Source of the DNA: Spirochaetia bacterium
GTDB taxonomy: Bacteria > Spirochaetota > Spirochaetia > WTKD01
NCBI GenBank assembly: GCA_965243525.1
Contig: OZ251568.1
Coordinates: 370,389 to 434,388 of the forward strand
Length of the DNA: 64,000 bases
Direction of reading: 5' to 3'
The position numbers were made by a program, and so were the translations under genes. Positions 8,369 to 15,385 of this stretch are shown piece by piece; within the stretch, counting starts at the first letter, position 1; every line of letters begins with the position of its first letter. Under the pieces are notes generated by a model. It saw nothing but the letters and a program-made list of their open reading frames with translations, was not told where the DNA came from and did no database searches.

Positions 8369-8885
8369 TGCACTCTCCAATCGAGACAATGAACATCCAG
8401 TGCATGAGATTGCACCATATAGTTGAATGCTTCATGCTGTGACCACTGTCTGCCCCTCTGCCCTGTTCTTGTCGATCTTCCAAAAAGATGTGTTGTGTGC
8501 ATAAATCCTTTCTGCTGAATTTTTAAGAAATACCAGACATCCTCGCGGATGTTTTCTGTTGCTGCCTTCTCCAGGGACAACCTGGATTCGCTGCTTGGCT
8601 TTGTGTTTTGTGGATAACACCGCCAAGATTTGGTGATGCACTCCGGGAAGAACAATAACTCATGACCTTCCAACAACTGTGTTATTCTCGCATGACTGAG
8701 CGTTCCAAATACAATACCATTGGTACTATAAATGGTCCATTGGAACGGGGTGCAATCCCACCAAGGTATGCATTACGACGCCCTCCCAAGGCATCCCAGC
8801 CATTCCACAGAATTATTGCACCAACAACGCGATTGTCGTGCCAACAAGCACAGCGCCCACGACGCCCAGGCTGATGCCCAGAATC

Positions 8886-9293
8886 TTATTGAGTCGCTGT
8901 GCCTTCTGCTGTGCCTGCTTCGACGAGCGCAAGTTCGTTTCTAAGCTCTCGATTGATCGAGAGAGCTCGTTCAAGCTCTCTCTCTGCTTCGATGAGTAAT
9001 CCTGCACTTGATTTAGCGACGTTTCTAATATCTCTAACTGCTCGCGAAGAGAGTTCGAGTCGCTTTCGCTCTCGTGTAATAATGTCTCCAAGTGTTGTAG
9101 TTGCCTGTCTTGCTCCTCTGAGTTCTGCTTCAGTTGCTGTATATACTGCTGTAAAACGATCAAGCTCTGCTCTTGCATCTGCAGCATCTCCAGAGTCCAC
9201 ATTCGATCTGTTTCGGAACCCAAAAAAGATTCCTGCGACGACAGCACAGAGTAAGACAGCACCAAAAATAATGCTATACTTGCGCTTCGCCAT
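8886..9293 (-). CDS. N-terminally anchored coiled-coil membrane protein (i-spanin-like lysis accessory)
   Basis: 135 aa. MAKRKYSIIFGAVLLCAVVAGIFFGF is a signal-anchor/TM segment, followed by a helical, charged region. The ATG is 1 nt after the stop of the upstream 37-aa ORF. Codon choice (gaa/gca-rich) matches neighbouring phage genes better than the overlapping frame 8813-9376 does. Confidence 0.5.
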   Translation of the reverse strand: MAKRKYSIIFGAVLLCAVVAGIFFGFRNRSNVDSGDAADARAELDRFTAVYTATEAELRGARQATTTLGDIITRERKRLELSSRAVRDIRNVAKSSAGLLIEAERELERALSINRELRNELALVEAGTAEGTATQ

Positions 9294-9294
9294 A

Positions 9295-9408
9295 TCACAG
9301 AAGAATCAATGCAAGAACGATTGCAACACCAAGGGCAATAATGCCGATTTTGGTGATGAGTTTGAGATTTTTCCAATGGGTGTATAGTTTTTGTAAGAAT
9401 TGTTTCAT
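9295..9408 (-). CDS. 37-aa single-TM peptide (lysis-cassette small membrane protein)
   Basis: Below the ORF-track size cut-off and found by hand. GGAGG lies 5 nt upstream of the ATG at 9408. The translation is MKQFLQKLYTHWKNLKLITKIGIIALGVAIVLALILL. Confidence 0.4.
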   Translation of the reverse strand: MKQFLQKLYTHWKNLKLITKIGIIALGVAIVLALILL

Positions 9409-9420
9409 GCTTACCTCCGT

Positions 9421-9738
9421 TTATTTTCGCTCAAGTACGCCGATTCCCAACAAGCCACCTGCTGTTGGAAATAAATACATAAGATAGTTTGCGACATCGC
9501 GCTCAAAAGCCACGCCGATTCCAATCAGAGCGAGCGATGCTCCAAGAAGAATATAGGCAGCAACACGTTTGCTGCTTGTGTTGCCTTGTTTGTCACAAAA
9601 TAATCCATGTCCTGGGTTTTGTTTTCTGTCACCAGATTTGGACGGGCAATCGTCATACCGATTTGATCCACCGCCGGTGCTTTTTATGTTTTTTGCATTT
9701 TTTGTTGGTTTTCTGGTTTCCTGTGATTGTTTATCCAT
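9421..9738 (-). CDS. Holin-like protein with two C-terminal TM segments
   Basis: 105 aa, with an 8-nt overlap with the M23 gene. A basic N-terminus is followed by AAYILLGASLALIGIGVAF and LMYLFPTAGGLLGIGVL. Confidence 0.5.
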   Translation of the reverse strand: MDKQSQETRKPTKNAKNIKSTGGGSNRYDDCPSKSGDRKQNPGHGLFCDKQGNTSSKRVAAYILLGASLALIGIGVAFERDVANYLMYLFPTAGGLLGIGVLERK

Positions 9739-10375
9739 CTGCTAACTCCTTGTATGTTGCAAGAACCTTTCTCCAGTTTCTGCCGCCATATTCAGGTCGC
9801 AGGGAGAGGTCTCCTTGATGTTCCTCCCATTCAAGTGGATAGAGTTCTGCCGGGTCTGGACGATCTTCCCAACGTTGCCAAGGACTCTCGTGCAGTTCAT
9901 AGTGGATATGGGCACCGGTCGAATAGCCTCCGTTGCCTGATTCACCTATCATCGAACCGCGGGTCACCTTCTTGCGTTCGCCAATGACCGCAAAGGTTTT
10001 GCCAAATCCATAGATCAACCCTTTTAGTTTTTTGTTGTGTTCAAGTTGTGCGGTGATCTCGCCATGGGCAAAGACATGGGTCAATCCGCTCTTGCCTTCC
10101 AAGATGTAACAACGCCCGAATACCGCCATACGGTAATGCCGAAAGGGTGCCAATGATCGTGGTATATCCCGATGCATCAACGAGTCAGTGATGATCCACC
10201 ACCACCCGATGCCGTCTTCCGGAGCCCGGATAGGGGTTCCAACCGGGACAGCAATGTCCCAAGCACCGTGCACATGGTTGCGATGTTCTTCTGGTTTGCT
10301 CAAGGGGCGTGGTTCATAAAACTCAGTAGTTAATTGCCAATCGTTTCCAACTGGAAAAAGTAGCGAATCAGTCAT
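9731..10375 (-). CDS. M23-family zinc metallopeptidase (candidate endolysin)
   Basis: 214 aa with no signal peptide. The HxxxD motif (HGAWD) and the HxH motif (GAHIHYELH) are in the order expected for M23/LytM. Confidence 0.8.
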   Translation of the reverse strand: MTDSLLFPVGNDWQLTTEFYEPRPLSKPEEHRNHVHGAWDIAVPVGTPIRAPEDGIGWWWIITDSLMHRDIPRSLAPFRHYRMAVFGRCYILEGKSGLTHVFAHGEITAQLEHNKKLKGLIYGFGKTFAVIGERKKVTRGSMIGESGNGGYSTGAHIHYELHESPWQRWEDRPDPAELYPLEWEEHQGDLSLRPEYGGRNWRKVLATYKELADG

Positions 10376-10605
10376 TAAAGTAATCCTTCGAAAACCATGC
10401 GGACAAGATACATCACGCCGTCGATTCCACCGATGAATGCTGCCGCCAAGGTTGCAATCATGATCAGTTCTATGCGTTGCTGCCGTCGCTCCTGCTTTTC
10501 ATATTTCGTTTCAATATTTTCAACACGATGCTTCAAGCCCTTGTATCCATTGCCATGCACAGCGTGTTCCAGTTTTGCGATTCGTTCTGTTTGTGTTTGT
10601 GCCAT
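10375..10605 (-). CDS. Small membrane protein with one C-terminal TM (holin/antiholin candidate)
   Basis: The ORF track starts at 10644, inside a terminator hairpin. I prefer the ATG at 10605 (AAGGAA upstream), giving MAQTQTERIAKLEH...IELIMIATLAAAFIGGIDGVMYLV. The stop overlaps the M23 start. Confidence 0.45.
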   Translation of the reverse strand: MAQTQTERIAKLEHAVHGNGYKGLKHRVENIETKYEKQERRQQRIELIMIATLAAAFIGGIDGVMYLVRMVFEGLL

Positions 10606-10620
10606 ATATTCCTTCGTTCC

Positions 10621-10659
10621 AAAAAAAAAGAGAACTCCCCGCATATAGCGGGTGTTCTC
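10621..10659 (-). terminator. Strong intrinsic terminator between the early and lysis/late blocks
   Basis: The minus-strand RNA reads GAGAACACCCGC-TATAT-GCGGGGAGTTCTC followed by nine U. It lies 100 nt after the SSB-like stop and only ~12 nt before the RBS of the next gene. Confidence 0.75.
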
Positions 10660-10765
10660 TCCTTATAGATACTGTTCCGAACTCAATGTTCTTGCGATCA
10701 GCAATTACAGTGTATCATGCAAATCGCGAAGAACGCGTATAGTTTACATATTTTTGATAAAAAAA

Positions 10766-11164
10766 TTAAGAGGAATTGTTCTTGTAAAAAGAACCATCCT
10801 CCCCAAAATCATCGAGTGTTCCTTCAAACGGAGCGTCCTGACTCAATTCAAGCCCTTGGATGCGCACAACAATATTGCTGTGGATGATTTCATGATCCGT
10901 TTCTTCCAGATTCTGATGTAGCTCTCCCAGCACGCGTACAAGAGAACCTTCGCGAACACTACACAGCGTATTTGCCATATCCCCCCAGGCTTCAATATCA
11001 ACATAGGAAATAACTTCTCCTATTTCGCCCAATTCGTCGATGCCCTGCCGAACGGTTTTGAGCATTGCCTCCACCTTGTAGATAGGGTCTGTTTGTTTTT
11101 GGAGTATCTCCCCGATGAGAATCCCCTCTAATAAGACAATGTTAAGAAAGTCTAATTGTTGCAT
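10766..11164 (-). CDS. SSB-like OB-fold protein
   Basis: 132 aa. LNIVLLEGILIGEI..., ...IEAWGDMANTL...EGSLVRVLGEL... and the acidic near-C-terminal DDFGEDGSF resemble the bacterial/phage SSB layout. Confidence 0.5.
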   Translation of the reverse strand: MQQLDFLNIVLLEGILIGEILQKQTDPIYKVEAMLKTVRQGIDELGEIGEVISYVDIEAWGDMANTLCSVREGSLVRVLGELHQNLEETDHEIIHSNIVVRIQGLELSQDAPFEGTLDDFGEDGSFYKNNSS

Positions 11165-11226
11165 GCTAGCTCCTGCTTCATAATTTCAGTGGTACTATCA
11201 TATAGTATCATACCCCTGTGTGGTCT

Positions 11227-11778
11227 TCATTGGCCCAGTTCTTGCTGAATTGCATCGTGCAATCCTTCTAGGCTAATGCCGTCTAATTTTTTTTGCAATA
11301 TATCGATTTCTGCCTGTATCTGCGCTCGATCCTCACTCGAACTCTTGTTTGGATCCCATTTTTTGCGAAGAATCCAATGCCATTCTATCGCCGAAGAACA
11401 GAGGAATCGAAGCTGCACATCATAGGGCATTTTGTTAAACAAGGGCTCTTTTTTTGCCTTGGCCGACAGGCTCTTCTGCGGATCGGGAGGAATTTGCGAT
11501 AACAAATCCCAAAAATCACCGGGAAGCGGCAGAAGATCGCCCCCCCGAACTGAATTCATCAGCATTTCAAGCAGAGCACGCATGCGTTGGCCATCATGAG
11601 CTATTTTTCGCAACACTCGTGCAACCGCAGCGTATTGGGTTGGGTTGTATTTCCGTCTGTAGAGCTGCTCGATGCTGGTGATGCATTCTTGAATGGTATT
11701 CTGTATGGTGGTTTGCCATGTATCAACGTGAGAGTCGTGCATCCCATGCCTCCTTTTCTCGCTCTGTGAATCGCTCAA
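11227..11778 (-). CDS. Hypothetical early/regulatory protein
   Basis: 183 aa ORF with no recognisable motif. The real start may be the Met at 11742 (MHDSHVDTW), because 11743-11778 overlaps the upstream gene. Confidence 0.4.
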   Translation of the reverse strand: MSDSQSEKRRHGMHDSHVDTWQTTIQNTIQECITSIEQLYRRKYNPTQYAAVARVLRKIAHDGQRMRALLEMLMNSVRGGDLLPLPGDFWDLLSQIPPDPQKSLSAKAKKEPLFNKMPYDVQLRFLCSSAIEWHWILRKKWDPNKSSSEDRAQIQAEIDILQKKLDGISLEGLHDAIQQELGQ

Positions 11779-13234
11779 CCCATCGATCCATGTCTTCGTC
11801 TTCCGATGGCATCATCTGCGCTGTTTGTTGATCCAGAATACTACGTTGCTCAATTGCCGCTTGCAGCGATTGCTGCACCATATGCAAGAGTCGCTCATAA
11901 TGCGGGAGAATTCCACTGGGACAAAACGGAATGCTCTGCCAAAAGGATTGTTCTCGCTCGGATAGGCTTCCGTCTTGCTTGAGCATGCGAAGTTTTGCAA
12001 GTATCGCTTGGAGGATTTTTCGCGCATCTCCACAAGAATGCCGCTCAGCACGCAAACGCAACTGCCTGAGTGCACCACGCTGCTTTGCTATTGCAGCATA
12101 ATAGACATCTGCATCCTGACTGAGAAATATCTGTTCAATATCTGCCTCCACCGCATGTTTAAGCGTTCCAATTCCTTTTTTTGATCGTGGCGAGGAAGGT
12201 GAACCTGGCGCAAGAACAGCATCTGTTTTGCGAGCAAGAACGTCTTCAGATTTTTCTGCTCCATCTTGGCAGTATTTCCCTGCGCTATTCTCGGCATGCT
12301 CCTCTGCCCCATCCTGGAGATCTCTCCCCACCCCACGTTGAACATGCCCCCCTGCTTCATTTTGAACACTCCAGGCAGGCTGAACACCTTCTTCTGCGTC
12401 ATCCACTTCCTCCAAGGCCATGATTTCTTCTGGCAGAAAGGAATCAGAATCGGCGATATGACGAAAATCATTCACCTGCAACAACGTAGGCTCTGGTGTA
12501 AGTTCTGGTGTAGGTTTTGTACTATATACATCAACTGATTTCTCATTTCTGCATTCGTGCAATACTTGCGGATGCACAAAAAACTTTTCCATTCCTGCAT
12601 TTGCTACGTGCTGATTCTGCAAAGCACGTGAAGAAATCGCCCTATCTTCTTCATTTTTTTGTGATTCTTGTCCGACAATTCCTGGGACAGGCGTATTCTT
12701 CTTGCCTTGCGCTGCTTCTTCTGATTGAGGCGTTGATAGGGACATCAAGTGAGGTTCTAGCTGCGCATCTGCTTCTTGCTTGGCATCGGCACGATCCTTC
12801 TGCACTGGTTCAGCAGTGATAGCAAGGCCTTCATTGATCGTCGGACCGGCCGTCGGGGCATCAGATATCAAAACATCAGACGTCGGAGTCTCAGATATCG
12901 CTGCATCACCCACCGGGGCATCATCTAATTGACCCAACTGCGCCTTTCTTTCTGGCGATATCCTGAAATACAAAACACGATTGCACGATGCCTTTTGCAT
13001 CTCTTCGATAATCCCTGCTTTGCGTAACACAGCGCGTGCTGCCTTCTGCTGATAATATGATAGGCCCGTTTCAGCGCTGAACTCCTCAGCACTCTTGTAG
13101 ATCCATCCCTCAGGATCTCGCGTACGACTGCTCCAATATTCAAGTTGTGCAAGCAGGGCCGCTGCACTCATCCCCCACTGCCTGATATAGGACACGTCGA
13201 TGCATAAAACACGCCGTCGCTGCTTCATTGACAT
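11723..13234 (-). CDS. Putative replication/DNA-binding protein with an N-terminal winged-helix-like domain and a long disordered linker
   Basis: 503 aa. The N-terminal ~100 aa (LAQLEYWSSRT...WIYKSAEEFSAETGLSYYQQKAARAVLRKAGIIEE) look like phage replication-organiser wHTH domains. The middle is low-complexity. There is no Walker A, so it is not a terminase. Confidence 0.4.
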   Translation of the reverse strand: MSMKQRRRVLCIDVSYIRQWGMSAAALLAQLEYWSSRTRDPEGWIYKSAEEFSAETGLSYYQQKAARAVLRKAGIIEEMQKASCNRVLYFRISPERKAQLGQLDDAPVGDAAISETPTSDVLISDAPTAGPTINEGLAITAEPVQKDRADAKQEADAQLEPHLMSLSTPQSEEAAQGKKNTPVPGIVGQESQKNEEDRAISSRALQNQHVANAGMEKFFVHPQVLHECRNEKSVDVYSTKPTPELTPEPTLLQVNDFRHIADSDSFLPEEIMALEEVDDAEEGVQPAWSVQNEAGGHVQRGVGRDLQDGAEEHAENSAGKYCQDGAEKSEDVLARKTDAVLAPGSPSSPRSKKGIGTLKHAVEADIEQIFLSQDADVYYAAIAKQRGALRQLRLRAERHSCGDARKILQAILAKLRMLKQDGSLSEREQSFWQSIPFCPSGILPHYERLLHMVQQSLQAAIEQRSILDQQTAQMMPSEDEDMDRWVERFTEREKEAWDARLSR

Positions 13235-13434
13235 GCTTCACACTCCCCCGTTTCTCCTGAATAGGCAGCACATCCAGCTAGAAAATCATCAGTATCTTGC
13301 AATGCTGTTGCATCTTCAGCAAAATCTTCCGTGTCTTGTCTTGCAAGCTCCTCAGTGTTATGCGCGCATTTAAACAGTGCAGCATCTGTGCTCAGTTCAG
13401 TGTTCATAGGTGTAGAAAAAGATTGTGTAGTCAT
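13225..13434 (-). CDS. Small, highly acidic protein (69 aa)
   Basis: The ORF track starts at 13500. I prefer the ATG at 13434, with GGAGG 6 nt upstream, giving MTTQSFSTPMNTELSTDAALFKCAHNTEELARQDTEDFAEDATALQDTDDFLAGCAAYSGETGECEACQ. The stop overlaps the next gene. Confidence 0.4.
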   Translation of the reverse strand: MTTQSFSTPMNTELSTDAALFKCAHNTEELARQDTEDFAEDATALQDTDDFLAGCAAYSGETGECEACQ

Positions 13435-13446
13435 GGCATTCCTCCA

Positions 13447-13481
13447 ATAAAAAATCCCCTTGTCACGTGACTGACAAAGGG
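13447..13481 (-). terminator. Intrinsic terminator immediately upstream of the replication-gene block
   Basis: The minus-strand RNA reads CCCUUUGUCA-GUCACG-UGACAAGGGG (10 bp including one G-U) followed by AUUUUUUAUU. The RBS of the next ORF starts right after the U tract. Confidence 0.6.
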
Positions 13482-13630
13482 AAAACAACACGATACACAC
13501 CTGTTTTGCGTATTATTACAGGAGGAACTATTTTTTGTTGCAAAGAGCTAATAGCGTGCTTCGATCTATTTGACACAATCGTGCAATACATCGCATCGCA
13601 TTGCCATATCATCGCCCAGAAATACCGAGC

Positions 13631-13657
13631 AAAAAAGGAAAATGGCCGTTTTCCTTT
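13631..13657 (-). terminator. Weaker AU-rich terminator-like hairpin downstream of the annealing-protein gene
   Basis: The minus-strand RNA reads AAAGGAAAA-CGGCCA-UUUUCCUUU followed by UUU, ~75 nt after the stop at 13732. Confidence 0.35.
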
Positions 13658-13731
13658 CATACAGAATCTAATACAAAATACACGTAGCGACAAACATAAA
13701 TTGTTTAAAAAGCGCATTTTTTCTGCAATGT

Positions 13732-14403
13732 TCATAGAATTTGTTTCTCCCTCGCTGATTTTGACAGATATCTCAGACGGCCCAAGCCCTGCTTCGCGTA
13801 TTCTTCTTTCTTTATAGTATCATATGTATAGTATGCATCAACCGATTGTTGTTGTTGCTCTGCGGTAATCAATGCCTGTTCGCGTGCTTCTGCAAGTTTT
13901 TCAAGAAATTGCCGTCCTATGACCGGCTCATCTGTCGACAGAGTTGCAGGGTCTTGCTGATGATATTCACCTTCGTCAAAAACACCGCACCCACAGAGGC
14001 TGAGAGTTAATCGACGTTTCGCCTTGGTCTCGCATTTCATAATCGCATTTGCTCGCGATTCTCCTTTGAGCATCCCGATATCGATTGCCCCCATCGCTAC
14101 GTCAGTTCGACCCGTCTTGTCCTTGCCGGTCACGCTCACAATGAGGCAACCATTTAATTCCTCATGCTGCATATCGAGGATGGACACCCCATGCACCTTG
14201 CGCAATTGATCGGTTCCCTGCCTGGTGACATAGAGCGTCAATTTTCCATTGAGTCGAATGTATTCAAAAGGCCTGGTTAGGGGATGCACCCCGGCAAATT
14301 CACACATTTTTTTGTAATGCTGCACCTTTTGCGCATCGTTAAGTTGATCCAGATCATGCGAAAGAATGACCTGCTCAATCGAATCTGGTATATGTTCAGA
14401 CAT
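13732..14403 (-). CDS. Single-strand annealing protein (Red-beta/RecT superfamily, Bet-like)
   Basis: 223 aa directly downstream of, and overlapping, the YqaJ-type exonuclease gene. ...NAIMKCETKAKRRLTLSLCG... resembles the conserved C-terminal core block of Red-beta-type proteins. Confidence 0.6.
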   Translation of the reverse strand: MSEHIPDSIEQVILSHDLDQLNDAQKVQHYKKMCEFAGVHPLTRPFEYIRLNGKLTLYVTRQGTDQLRKVHGVSILDMQHEELNGCLIVSVTGKDKTGRTDVAMGAIDIGMLKGESRANAIMKCETKAKRRLTLSLCGCGVFDEGEYHQQDPATLSTDEPVIGRQFLEKLAEAREQALITAEQQQQSVDAYYTYDTIKKEEYAKQGLGRLRYLSKSAREKQIL

Positions 14404-15385
14404 AACCTTCCTCCTTTATAGTACGAATCTGATAATTCGTAGAATTATAGGTATATTTTTTTACAAGTTCTTCTTGTTCTTTTTTCAGTCGCGCCGTATC
14501 AATGCGCTTGGCGTTCACCCGAATCAATGATGCCTGCAGGTTCTGCGATATCAGCGTACACCGCGCGACAGCTTCCATCTTTTTGAGATGTATCAGGTCC
14601 AGTTGCGACAGCACCCTTTGCACCGCCGCACGCTCATCGGCAATAACCCGCTTTTTCTTTCCACGTAAACTCAAGAGATCCGAAAGCGCCGCGTGCATCT
14701 CCTGTGAATTGTTTTCGATAGTTCCAATATTCTTGTCTGATGACAACAAGGCGGCCAGCACCTCGTTCAGATATTCAGGATTTGGTGGATCAGAGAATTC
14801 AATGAACTCCCAAAATGTTGCAATTGCTACCTTGATGCAGGCGATGATCTCTTCATCACGCTGAATCTCAAACACATGATAAGCAAGTGAATCCACCGCA
14901 TAGGGATCTGCTGGATCGTATACTCCCAGCAAAATGAATCCGTGGGTGGACTCGGTGATCGCAAGATAATGCTGCACTTGCAGGGTATATTGATCAGGCA
15001 CCCCCTTCTCCCAATACTGCAGGTTTTGCGGTGAGGTGGTTTTGATTTCAAGCACACAGTTGCCATGACGTTCGTCTTCAACCCATCCGTCGATGTTCGC
15101 ATGGGCACGCGGAATATCGGGGTTGGTCAGAAAACTCTTTGGTGCATTCAGCAGGCTTATCTTTCTTCCCAGCACTTCGGTCAAAACTTTGGCAGATCGT
15201 CTGCGAATTTTTGATTCAAGCTTTCTTCCAATACGCATCGCTTCATAATCCATCGATGGACGATATCGGTTTCGTTTCAGACTATACAATCGCGCCGCCG
15301 ACAAAAATGGGCTCTTGCCCAACAAGGCAGCTATTTCACTGCCCCCAATCGATGTGTGCCGGCGCTCATGCCAGGTTTTTTGCAT
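14396..15385 (-). CDS. YqaJ-type (lambda Exo-like) exonuclease
   Basis: 329 aa. WHERRHTSIGGSEIAALLGKSPF is the typical YqaJ N-terminal motif. It is paired with an annealing protein. Confidence 0.75.
   Translation of the reverse strand: MQKTWHERRHTSIGGSEIAALLGKSPFLSAARLYSLKRNRYRPSMDYEAMRIGRKLESKIRRRSAKVLTEVLGRKISLLNAPKSFLTNPDIPRAHANIDGWVEDERHGNCVLEIKTTSPQNLQYWEKGVPDQYTLQVQHYLAITESTHGFILLGVYDPADPYAVDSLAYHVFEIQRDEEIIACIKVAIATFWEFIEFSDPPNPEYLNEVLAALLSSDKNIGTIENNSQEMHAALSDLLSLRGKKKRVIADERAAVQRVLSQLDLIHLKKMEAVARCTLISQNLQASLIRVNAKRIDTARLKKEQEELVKKYTYNSTNYQIRTIKEEGYV

Noticed and set aside
8365-8676. ORFs 8365-8676 and 8432-8641 in the lysis-tail gap
   Set aside because: They have non-ATG or unsupported starts, W/C/H/R-rich composition and no RBS or coupling to neighbours. 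I left them unannotated and reported the gap as a finding instead.
11812-12538. Alternative-frame and antisense ORFs (88, 127, 80 and 90 aa) within the 503-aa replication-type gene
   Set aside because: They fall in its low-complexity linker, where all frames stay open, and none has an RBS or recognisable features. This does lower confidence that the 503-aa ORF is a single gene.
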